Below are positions 7,061-14,652 of a DNA stretch of 20,000 nt, piece after piece. The notes under the pieces were generated by a model. The model made no database searches. It was given only the letters and a program-made list of their open reading frames with translations, and was not told the origin of the DNA. The stretch's first letter is position 1; the number at the start of each line of letters is the position of its first letter. Origin of the DNA: an uncultured virus (IMG/VR IMGVR_UViG_3300030060_001311) (taxonomy: Duplodnaviria > Heunggongvirae > Uroviricota > Caudoviricetes); the IMG/VR virus record IMGVR_UViG_3300030060_001311, positions 47,622-67,621 of that record; one strand, given 5' to 3'. The translations under genes were made by a program, and so were the position numbers.

Positions 7061-7979
7061 ACTTACTTTCTCCTTCTTCTAAATCTTCTATCATTGGAAG
7101 ATTATTATGTTTATAAACTGATCTTGTTCTGCCTTCTTTTTTATATATTCGAGAATATTTATCAAACTCACATAAACCGCCTTCTATTTCACGCATTTCA
7201 TAATTAAAACCATTTCTAAAAATAATAGACGGCGGTAATCTTTTCTTAACTTGCTCAAATAAATCTTGCATTTCTTCACACCACGGATGACTTTTACGAC
7301 AATAATCTAATGGTCGTCCTGTTAAACGATTTAATCCTCGCATGGCTCCTGGACCAGCATTAGCCCATGTCATAATATCTTTTGCATTTTCTAATAAATA
7401 AGTGTGTCTTAAATCAGTAACAACTTCATACGCCATGAAAGGTCCCATGTAAGGATAATCTCTAAGAATCACCCAAGCTTCTTCTAATGAAGCTTCATCT
7501 TTAGCTAGAGACTCGTGCAGTCTAGATAAAATAGATTCTTTAGCTTTCCATATATGTGAAATACACTCAGCGACTCCTGTTACTTTATCCATACCGTTTG
7601 GTGTTTTAATAATATAAGCACCTGTAATCCATTTAGGTTGTTTAGTTATAATACTAATTGCTTTCTTTCTGTTCCATCTTTTTAACAAATCGTAATTTAT
7701 TAATGTTCTCCCTGTTTCTATTAAATTAAACCAACGAAATATAATCGTAGCCATAAGAACATCTTCATCGTTTCGCATCGGCTCTCTTATATGCGTTCTA
7801 AACCAACGTGTTGTACGATCATCTTCTCTAAACACTTGGCAAAACTTGAATTCCTGCAGAATTGGATCATCGGTCCAAGGAGAAGGAAGAAGCTGTGCTT
7901 CTTTTTTATAACGTATTGACTCACGTTCAGTTTGCCAATAACAATAACGATCCAACTCTGCTGGAATAAACTCAGTCAT
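7053..7979 (-). CDS. Stand-alone aGPT-Pplase1 / 5-hmdU DNA kinase helical-domain family protein (DNA-glycosylase-like fold)
   Basis: ERESIR...PWTDDPILQ.FKFC.VFREDDRTT, IFRWFN, GPFMAYEVVTDL, GPGAMRGL and IEGGLCEFDKY. No Walker A motif is visible. Confidence 0.85.
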   Translation of the reverse strand: MTEFIPAELDRYCYWQTERESIRYKKEAQLLPSPWTDDPILQEFKFCQVFREDDRTTRWFRTHIREPMRNDEDVLMATIIFRWFNLIETGRTLINYDLLKRWNRKKAISIITKQPKWITGAYIIKTPNGMDKVTGVAECISHIWKAKESILSRLHESLAKDEASLEEAWVILRDYPYMGPFMAYEVVTDLRHTYLLENAKDIMTWANAGPGAMRGLNRLTGRPLDYCRKSHPWCEEMQDLFEQVKKRLPPSIIFRNGFNYEMREIEGGLCEFDKYSRIYKKEGRTRSVYKHNNLPMIEDLEEGESKYG

Positions 7980-8821
7980 TACTTTTTACGCAACACCCAA
8001 GAACAATTATTAGCGACTTCAGGATAAAACGTAGCGGCAACAACTCGTAAAAACTGTCTACCGTATCGGTTTTGTAGTTTATGAAACTGTTCGGGCGTCC
8101 ACCCTGTTTCAGAATCTTCTTTCATCGCTTTCTTTAAATTAGGTAATTGTATAAACGTTCCTGTAACATCTATTATCTCGAAGTTTCTTTCTAGTTCTTC
8201 TTTTAGTTCTTGAAAACCCCACTCGTAAATATGATCCTCAGGTAGCTTGTCGTTAGAACCATCGTGGTTAGGAGTAGATACAAAAGCTAAACCGTTCGGT
8301 CTTATAACTCTAGTCGCATCGTCTAACCATGCCGCAATAAACTCTCTACCCATGTGTTCTATAACTTCGGTCGTCCAGAAAAAATCTACGCTTTCATCTG
8401 CTAGTTTAAATACGGGATCAACAGTCAAGTCTTGTATACGTATTTCACCGTTAAAGTTCTGAAACCACGTAGAATCAGCTAACTCACCACCTGCGTTAGA
8501 CCAAAAAGGATTTTCTAACTCACAAGCAGGATCAATATCGTAACCATAATATGATCTAATAATATCTGATTTTTTAACAACGTATGCTTTATAAAGATTT
8601 CTGAGAGTCCAACACTCACCGCAACCAACTTCAAACGTATCAAGAGGTCGTCCTAGTCGTTTAGCTTCAGCTATACACATAGAAGCAATTTTATCGAACC
8701 GACTCATATGAGCTATCTCATCAGGTCGCCAATTTGCTAATACACCTGCACTAGCTATATCCATTCTTGTATTTTTACTATCGTTTTCATTGACAGTAAG
8801 TTTCTTTCTTATCGATGACAT
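7979..8821 (-). CDS. Class I SAM-dependent methyltransferase (small-molecule type)
   Basis: Motif I FEVGCGE, motif II YYGYDID, then DLT, SVDFFWTTEVIEHM, RVIRPNG...STPN and HIYEW. GGAGG SD. Confidence 0.88.
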   Translation of the reverse strand: MSSIRKKLTVNENDSKNTRMDIASAGVLANWRPDEIAHMSRFDKIASMCIAEAKRLGRPLDTFEVGCGECWTLRNLYKAYVVKKSDIIRSYYGYDIDPACELENPFWSNAGGELADSTWFQNFNGEIRIQDLTVDPVFKLADESVDFFWTTEVIEHMGREFIAAWLDDATRVIRPNGLAFVSTPNHDGSNDKLPEDHIYEWGFQELKEELERNFEIIDVTGTFIQLPNLKKAMKEDSETGWTPEQFHKLQNRYGRQFLRVVAATFYPEVANNCSWVLRKK

Positions 8822-8848
8822 TTATTTTCCTCCGTAATTATAAATACC

Positions 8849-8883
8849 TTTATACTTTACTTTAGTGTGCAAAGTAAAGCACT
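8849..8883 (-). promoter_or_regulatory. Promoter-motif copy P4 embedded in an inverted repeat, upstream of the modification/polymerase operon
   Basis: AGTGC-TTTACT(8878-8873), with best -10 TATAAA at an 18-nt spacer. Palindrome CTTTACTTT-N7-AAAGTAAAG at 8855-8879. Confidence 0.65.
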
Positions 8884-8884
8884 T

Positions 8885-10381
8885 CTAGATTTGATAGCAG
8901 CGTGTTGTTTTTGGCTCAATCAAATATAAATTTTCTTTTGATCTTGTAATCCCTACATAAAAAACTCTATTTTCTTCGTCTGGATTTTTTTGATAATTTT
9001 TATAAACTCTTGTAGTTATGTCTGTTAAAAGAACAACATTGGTAGATTCTCCACCTTTTGCAGCATGAATCGTAGATAGTTTTATTCGTGGTTGTTTAGT
9101 TATTTTTTCTCCACGTCTTAACATAGCCCTTACATAACTAATTTCTTTAGCACTTAATAAGGTAAAAACATCGTACCAACGACCTTCAGGCAAGTCAGGA
9201 AAATGACTTTTAAGATCTTCGTATTGCAGTATTAAATCTGTATCTAATAAATCTAGTTTCTTTGGTGTTTGTACTTTTACATATTTTAAAATATTTGCAC
9301 ATTCAGCCAATGTAATAGTCTCGCCTTTTAGTAATCTTTCCCAATAAATAACAGCTCTTACTTTTGCTTCTGATATACTAGGTCTGCCTTTTACTTCAAA
9401 AAACCATCCTTCATTCCTACAATACTCATCAACGTCTTCTAATAAATAATTTGTTCTAGCTAATACTAACCATTCACCTTGATCCATATTAATTAATTCA
9501 ATCGTCGGTTCCCACCGTACCATACCTTCTTCTTTTCTAGGTTCCCATTCTTTATAAATACGTGAGCCAACTTGTCCTATACATTGACTAGCCACTTTAT
9601 GCACTGAAGACGGAACTCTATACGACTGTTTTAACACCATTGCGTCTGTTGAGTTATCAATTAGATAATCTACATCGGCTCCTGCCCAACGATAAATAGC
9701 TTGGTCGTCATCTCCTGCTACATAAATTTTGTTGGCTTTTTCTGCTAACTTACGTACGACCGCCCATTGCAAAGGAGAAAGATCTTGTGCCTCATCTACA
9801 AACATAACATCTAATTTAGGAATATCACCGTCAACTAAAAAATTTTGTAACATATCTGTATAGTCAACAAGCAATCGATCTTCTTTAAATAATTTTAATC
9901 CTCTAGCAAAACGTTCTAACTCAAACCAACCGACTGCATCTTCAACCTCATGCCATTGTTCTTTTAAAGATACGTTTCTCATCCTAGCAAGGTTTTCTAT
10001 AAACGCAAGACGATCATCATGCGTCATACCAAATAAATGTCCGTCATCAGAAGTTGTCCTACCTGTAAGTTTTAAATTAAGTTTTTCATTTAAATCAGAT
10101 ATATCTGAATTACTTACTACACTTTCTCTAGTAAGTCCTAGTTGTCTAAAAGCCAATGAATGTAATGTACGGAAAAAAGGTAGTTGTTTATTAGTAATAC
10201 TAAAACGACTCATGGCTCTTTCTTTACCCTCGTTTACTGCTTTTTTAGTAAACGTAAAGAAACCAATACGTTCAGGTTCAGTGCCGTTTTCTAATTCGTC
10301 TTCTATTAAACCAAGAAGTGTACTGGTTTTTCCTGTTCCTGGAGGTCCAAGAATCACTTGCGTATGGCTAGGTAAGGTCAT
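8885..10381 (-). CDS. UvrD/Rep-like superfamily 1 DNA helicase
   Basis: GPPGTGKT, FTKKA, RTLHS, VDEAQD, GDDDQAIYRWAGA, QSYR, LARTN, STIHAAKGGE and YVGITR. Confidence 0.95.
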   Translation of the reverse strand: MTLPSHTQVILGPPGTGKTSTLLGLIEDELENGTEPERIGFFTFTKKAVNEGKERAMSRFSITNKQLPFFRTLHSLAFRQLGLTRESVVSNSDISDLNEKLNLKLTGRTTSDDGHLFGMTHDDRLAFIENLARMRNVSLKEQWHEVEDAVGWFELERFARGLKLFKEDRLLVDYTDMLQNFLVDGDIPKLDVMFVDEAQDLSPLQWAVVRKLAEKANKIYVAGDDDQAIYRWAGADVDYLIDNSTDAMVLKQSYRVPSSVHKVASQCIGQVGSRIYKEWEPRKEEGMVRWEPTIELINMDQGEWLVLARTNYLLEDVDEYCRNEGWFFEVKGRPSISEAKVRAVIYWERLLKGETITLAECANILKYVKVQTPKKLDLLDTDLILQYEDLKSHFPDLPEGRWYDVFTLLSAKEISYVRAMLRRGEKITKQPRIKLSTIHAAKGGESTNVVLLTDITTRVYKNYQKNPDEENRVFYVGITRSKENLYLIEPKTTRCYQI

Positions 10382-10526
10382 CTTCTTCCTTTGGTAAATA
10401 TACTATTACTTCTGATTTGCATTTTGGACAACTTAAATTAGTTTCCATAATGTATTCATAATTCTCATCTTCTATGTCGTGATCACCGCCCCATGTTAAA
10501 GGTGTTTTACAGTGCCAACAATTCAT
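10368..10526 (-). CDS. 52-aa zinc-ribbon protein not in the ORF track (MNCWHCKTPLTWGGDHD...LSCPKCKSEVIVYLPKEEDDLT)
   Basis: Manually translated. It has two CxxC pairs and an ATGA overlap with the AlkB stop, and it fills the gap up to the helicase. Confidence 0.8.
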   Translation of the reverse strand: MNCWHCKTPLTWGGDHDIEDENYEYIMETNLSCPKCKSEVIVYLPKEEDDLT

Positions 10527-11125
10527 AACCCACTCCTAAAAGTTAAATTAATTCTTTCACCTGCACCGATTAATTCTGGAATAGAATGGGTAGAAGTCAT
10601 CTGACTATGCCCATCAAACATGATGGCATCGCCGTGTTCTAATAGATACCAACTTGTTCCCATAGGCGGGTTAGAATAAGATTTCCAAGGGCTGTTTTTT
10701 AGATAACTATCACTTGTATTAGTATGGTCTTTAATAACATACTCATAAGTAGACCACTCAAACACTCTAGGTGCACCAAAACTAACAGAAAAAACTACAT
10801 CTTTTAATTTAGGAACTGTATCTGTATGATGTGGTATACCTTCGCCTTGATCAGAATAATAACCACAAAGACAAAAAGTAAATTCAATATCTCGTTTAAA
10901 TTGTTTACTTGCTATTTTTTCTGCGGCTATTTTTATTAATTTTATTTCATGCGACCATGGTTCAGGCTCGTATAATTTACCAGCATATTCAAAACTAGCA
11001 TCACCAAACCCACGAGTCGGTCGACCTTTAACCATATTACCTTCAAACAAACGTTCTCGAGGTTCGTCCCATTTATCTATTCCGTGTTCAAACTCTGCAA
11101 ATATATGTTTTATGTGTTTAATCAT
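10523..11125 (-). CDS. AlkB-family 2OG-Fe(II) dioxygenase (ALKBH2/3-like)
   Basis: Y...G..IPHHTD (HxD), SVSFGAPRVF, LEHGD, distal THSIP His, and C-terminal RINLTFR (RxxxxxR). Confidence 0.9.
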   Translation of the reverse strand: MIKHIKHIFAEFEHGIDKWDEPRERLFEGNMVKGRPTRGFGDASFEYAGKLYEPEPWSHEIKLIKIAAEKIASKQFKRDIEFTFCLCGYYSDQGEGIPHHTDTVPKLKDVVFSVSFGAPRVFEWSTYEYVIKDHTNTSDSYLKNSPWKSYSNPPMGTSWYLLEHGDAIMFDGHSQMTSTHSIPELIGAGERINLTFRSGL

Positions 11126-12645
11126 AGTAAGTTATCGTTAAAATCTGGTAAGTCATGTGATTCGTCTTGTGCTTTAAATTCTTCTATATACCAAACGTTT
11201 ACTCCTCGTCCTTTTATATTAAAGAAATGTGGTTCTCCATGCAACTGTTTTAGTTTAGATGTTAATTTGTTTCTTTGATAATCTTTAAAGTTATGTCGAT
11301 GTAAATATTCCATTAAATCTCCTAGCCTGAAATAAGTTTTACCCTCATCTGTCCATGGTTTATGTAATAAAAGCTCATCACGTTCTCTCGCAGGTCTTTC
11401 TGTACAAAAATTCTCTAATAGTTCTAAAAAATGCCCCTCTGTAGAACTTTCTTTAGGAACTTCTACTACGGTTAACGCGTCTAAGAGTTGCTGGATAATC
11501 TGTCTCCAGACGTTTTCCTTAACCTTCTGAGGTATCTTATTTAAAGAATCCATACATTTTCTTTGAAATCTATTTTGATTTAATAAGTCATCGGTCTCTA
11601 ATTCTAACCTTCCGCCCTCAACATCTAAGAACCAAATAGGTGGTTCACTATCTTGTTTAGTTAAATTACTAAATAACGGTGTGCCACCGTTAGCTCCAAT
11701 TCCATATTTACGTGTTCGGCATAACGGACTATTACAATGACTAGCTATCGGCTGATCATTACATTTATAAAAATAATCTTTACGTTGTACTTGCTTACCA
11801 ACAGTCAAAACTTCTTGTGCTCCTAACGGCGGTTGCATATACGTAATATTAACATCTTCTAATCTTTTTTCCCAATCGTCTGGATATTTCTTTCTAAGAA
11901 ATACTCCTACATTAAATAATCCTGAGTTACGTGTGCCTTTAGGAAACCCTTGTACAATCAAATGTTGTATACAAGGCGGTGCTTGATCTAGCCATTCTAT
12001 AGACTCGTTTAGAGGACTAGCTTCTAATTTTTCTAAAGCACTAGTTGTAAGTGTTAGTTCAGATGCATAGTTTAAAAATTCTTCTGGACTTAATGCTCCA
12101 CCGTCTTTACCATAGGCGTAACGTGTAGAGTTCTCTCCTCCAAAGTAAGGCATATTTAAGGTGCTGCCTCTATCACCACGTTCTAATAACAGTTGTGTTT
12201 GTTTAGGAAATATTTCTGCTTGACCATAACCGATTGCCGCGGCTAGTTGTCTAAGCTTTCGTTGTAGCATTGAAGCTGCAACAGGCTCTTGTAGAAATAT
12301 ATAAATATGTGCTCCTCCACTTTTACTTCGACAAAGTATTAAAGGTAATTCTTGTTTAGCTAATTTTTTAGCTAAGTCTTTAAGATCAAGTTGATATTCA
12401 TCAACATCAATCGCTCCCCACACACAGCTATTATTTTCATCAATCGCTACAATCCCTACGCTTTGACGACCAAGCAAATGATCTTCCCATAACTTCAAAA
12501 GATCTGTATCAGATAACTCTTTTGATATAGTTATGTTTTTACCATTTGCCTTGCCATCTTCTCGAGTTTCATCACTTGCGGTAAACGTACCGTAAGCTTT
12601 TCGCAATCCAGCAAAGCGTGTAGCAAATTTCTCTGCTAACGACAT
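11122..12645 (-). CDS. Archaeo-eukaryotic-type primase with PriCT-like domain
   Basis: WGAIDVD (DxD), RSKSGGAHIY, EIFPKQ, LNMPY, PPC...GTRNSGLF and a Cys cluster (YKC...HC...C). No P-loop helicase domain. Confidence 0.85.
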   Translation of the reverse strand: MSLAEKFATRFAGLRKAYGTFTASDETREDGKANGKNITISKELSDTDLLKLWEDHLLGRQSVGIVAIDENNSCVWGAIDVDEYQLDLKDLAKKLAKQELPLILCRSKSGGAHIYIFLQEPVAASMLQRKLRQLAAAIGYGQAEIFPKQTQLLLERGDRGSTLNMPYFGGENSTRYAYGKDGGALSPEEFLNYASELTLTTSALEKLEASPLNESIEWLDQAPPCIQHLIVQGFPKGTRNSGLFNVGVFLRKKYPDDWEKRLEDVNITYMQPPLGAQEVLTVGKQVQRKDYFYKCNDQPIASHCNSPLCRTRKYGIGANGGTPLFSNLTKQDSEPPIWFLDVEGGRLELETDDLLNQNRFQRKCMDSLNKIPQKVKENVWRQIIQQLLDALTVVEVPKESSTEGHFLELLENFCTERPARERDELLLHKPWTDEGKTYFRLGDLMEYLHRHNFKDYQRNKLTSKLKQLHGEPHFFNIKGRGVNVWYIEEFKAQDESHDLPDFNDNLL

Positions 12646-12656
12646 ATAACTTCTCC

Positions 12657-13445
12657 TTATATTGCGTCGTCAAACGTAGTTTCTTTTACGTCATCTCTTT
12701 GCTGTTCCTCTTTTACTTGAACTTCTCCAGATCTAGCCGCAGACATAAAGTCTTTAGCAATCATTGCTATTGACATATCTGTTGCTCCCTCTTGATTAAC
12801 TGAATAACCATTCCAACTACCTTTATCATTAGACTGAGTAGTTGTAGTAAGTCTATAAGTATACGCAAACATAGGAGCTTCAACAGAATCACCTTTGCTA
12901 TTTTCTACTCTAGCCATTCTTAACATAGTTAGCCATTTCCTAGCAACACCTAATTGTGTAGAAGTAAATGTAACTACTGCTTGTTGTGGAGAGTCGCCAC
13001 CTAATACTAAGACGAAAAACTGTGCAGTTTCTACAATCTCATTACCATCAGAAGTATAAGAACGTCTTGTTTCGGGATCTTTAGTGCATTTCGATAATAT
13101 AGATATATCGTGGTTAGCGTTAACTAAACCACCGCCTTTTTCTCTAGGAACCCATTCGATATACTTTTTATTATAAGCACACGGAACTATAACAATTCCT
13201 TTTTCTCCGTCATAAGATTCACCTGTAACAGTGTTATACAGATCACCTGCACTAGCACCTTCAACATAACTACCGTGTTGTTTTTGTAGTTGTGGTGACA
13301 TTGGTTGAAGAACTCTTATGAAGGGGATCGCAAAATCCTCAGTTGTAGTATCTTCAAGTCCTGTACCGCCTGACAATAAAGTATCGTCAAAGGTACTGAT
13401 CGCTGTAGCTTTAGTTTCAGCTACTTCATTTTTATTTTCTGCCAT
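12657..13445 (-). CDS. Probable single-stranded DNA-binding/annealing protein
   Basis: Conserved IPFIRVLQPMSPQ motif, beta-rich core and acidic C-terminal tail (TTFDDAI). Located next to the primase. Confidence 0.6.
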   Translation of the reverse strand: MAENKNEVAETKATAISTFDDTLLSGGTGLEDTTTEDFAIPFIRVLQPMSPQLQKQHGSYVEGASAGDLYNTVTGESYDGEKGIVIVPCAYNKKYIEWVPREKGGGLVNANHDISILSKCTKDPETRRSYTSDGNEIVETAQFFVLVLGGDSPQQAVVTFTSTQLGVARKWLTMLRMARVENSKGDSVEAPMFAYTYRLTTTTQSNDKGSWNGYSVNQEGATDMSIAMIAKDFMSAARSGEVQVKEEQQRDDVKETTFDDAI

Positions 13446-13447
13446 AA

Positions 13448-14020
13448 TTAATCCTTTTTAATTGTTGCTTTAGTACCTATATAGATACCAAAGGGCTCGG
13501 TTGGTATATCGTTACCCGATACGAATTGCTCTTTAACAAAAGCTTTTAACGTACTAGGGTGAACACTTTGACGCACTTCAGGTGATAGTCCTCTAGATTG
13601 CAGAGCCGAAACTGTTTCGTCTACGACTACGCTTTCCTCACGACCGAACTTTAAAAGAACTTCGTTCTTTATAAGCCCCTCATGACCGTTTTCTATTAAC
13701 CACTGATATGCTACTTCTTGGTTTGCCTTCGATATGTGAGCGTTATAGAACTCAGCAATAGAGATTTTTTCTCCTGTGCTTAATACTATCTGATTTAAAC
13801 CTGCGGATTGCATCGCGTCAGGTAATTCTTGCTCCGAAGTTAAACGAAGTTCTTCTTTCTTAGCTTTTAATTGTGCTTCTAAATCAGCTACTTGCGTAGC
13901 TAACTGAAGTTGTTTATTAGCCAAGGAAGAAACAAGAGAGAGTTCTCCATCGGTAACATTGTTTGTCCATTCCTGAACAGACTCCGTGCCGACTAAGTCC
14001 TCAAACGTTGGTTTTTTCAT
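13448..14020 (-). CDS. Conserved phage replication-module protein (coiled coil + VHPSTLKAFVKE motif)
   Basis: 190-aa ORF with an AGAAAGGAG SD. The motif is typical of this phage replication block. Confidence 0.8.
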   Translation of the reverse strand: MKKPTFEDLVGTESVQEWTNNVTDGELSLVSSLANKQLQLATQVADLEAQLKAKKEELRLTSEQELPDAMQSAGLNQIVLSTGEKISIAEFYNAHISKANQEVAYQWLIENGHEGLIKNEVLLKFGREESVVVDETVSALQSRGLSPEVRQSVHPSTLKAFVKEQFVSGNDIPTEPFGIYIGTKATIKKD

Positions 14021-14339
14021 CTATTTCTCCTTTCTGGTGTAGATCGATATCAACAGGATAATATAACCTATCCTGCCTATCCCACTTTAATATACTATAT
14101 CTACCTCTGTTATAAAATGCAGCGATGGAACACGCTACGCCAATGGCGGCAGGATCGCCTATTAATAATAAATAATCTCCTTCTTTAAAATCCTGTAAGT
14201 ATTTTTTCATCCTACGAACAGAAGGAGCAGCACTTAACATTATTTGTGTATTAGAAGGTAACAAAACTTCAAAATCACCATAGCTTCTAGCTTGGGCGAT
14301 ATTGCGTCCTGGAACTTCTTGCACGACATATACTGTCAC
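14001..14339 (-). CDS. Conserved hypothetical phage protein (VYVVQE...DYLLLIGDP...LKWDRQ)
   Basis: GTG start with an AGAAAGGAG SD. First gene after promoter P5. Confidence 0.8.
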   Translation of the reverse strand: MTVYVVQEVPGRNIAQARSYGDFEVLLPSNTQIMLSAAPSVRRMKKYLQDFKEGDYLLLIGDPAAIGVACSIAAFYNRGRYSILKWDRQDRLYYPVDIDLHQKGEIDEKTNV

Positions 14340-14370
14340 ATTTTTCTCCTTTCTTATTTCTAGAACTTAA

Positions 14371-14403
14371 ATAATATCTACCAATTAAGACAAAGTAAAG
14401 CTA
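14371..14403 (-). promoter_or_regulatory. Phage sigma70-type promoter P5 at the head of the replication arm
   Basis: TAGC-TTTACT(14399-14394)-17 nt-TATTAT(14376-14371). Confidence 0.75.
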
Positions 14404-14478
14404 TTAGTTATATAGTAGTTTTTAGAATTAAAAAGTTTATCGGAAAAATTTTTCAAAAACTACTAATATCGGTAATAA

Positions 14479-14572
14479 TCTAATAGATTTTAGAATAAAT
14501 ACAGTATTTCAGAGGGTTACAGTCTATTAGATTGTACGATTCAATCTATTAGAAACTAAGAATTCTATTAGA
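14479..14572. repeat. Four palindromic TCTAWTAGA sites (candidate origin iterons/operators)
   Basis: Exact copies at 14479-14487, 14523-14531, 14545-14553 and 14564-14572, in the only long and very AT-rich intergenic region. Confidence 0.75.
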
Positions 14573-14652
14573 GGGCATGAGAAAACTATTTAGTTTGGGG
14601 CTTTTTATAAGTAAATTGTAATATATAATGGGATTAGAAATTAGAAAGATAT

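Noticed and set aside
7979..8821. Restriction-modification DNA methyltransferase
   Set aside because: It lacks DPPY/NPPY and PC/ENV catalytic motifs, and there is no cognate endonuclease.
5590..11278. Plus-strand ORFs 5590-5790, 6934-7116, 8247-8462, 10212-10397 and 11084-11278
   Set aside because: All are antisense to well-supported genes and lack independent signals.
92..14403. Repeated AAAGTAAAGCAC as CRISPR repeats or att sites
   Set aside because: The copies are short, dispersed over kilobases and positioned as -35 elements. There is no spacer array and no cas or integrase gene.
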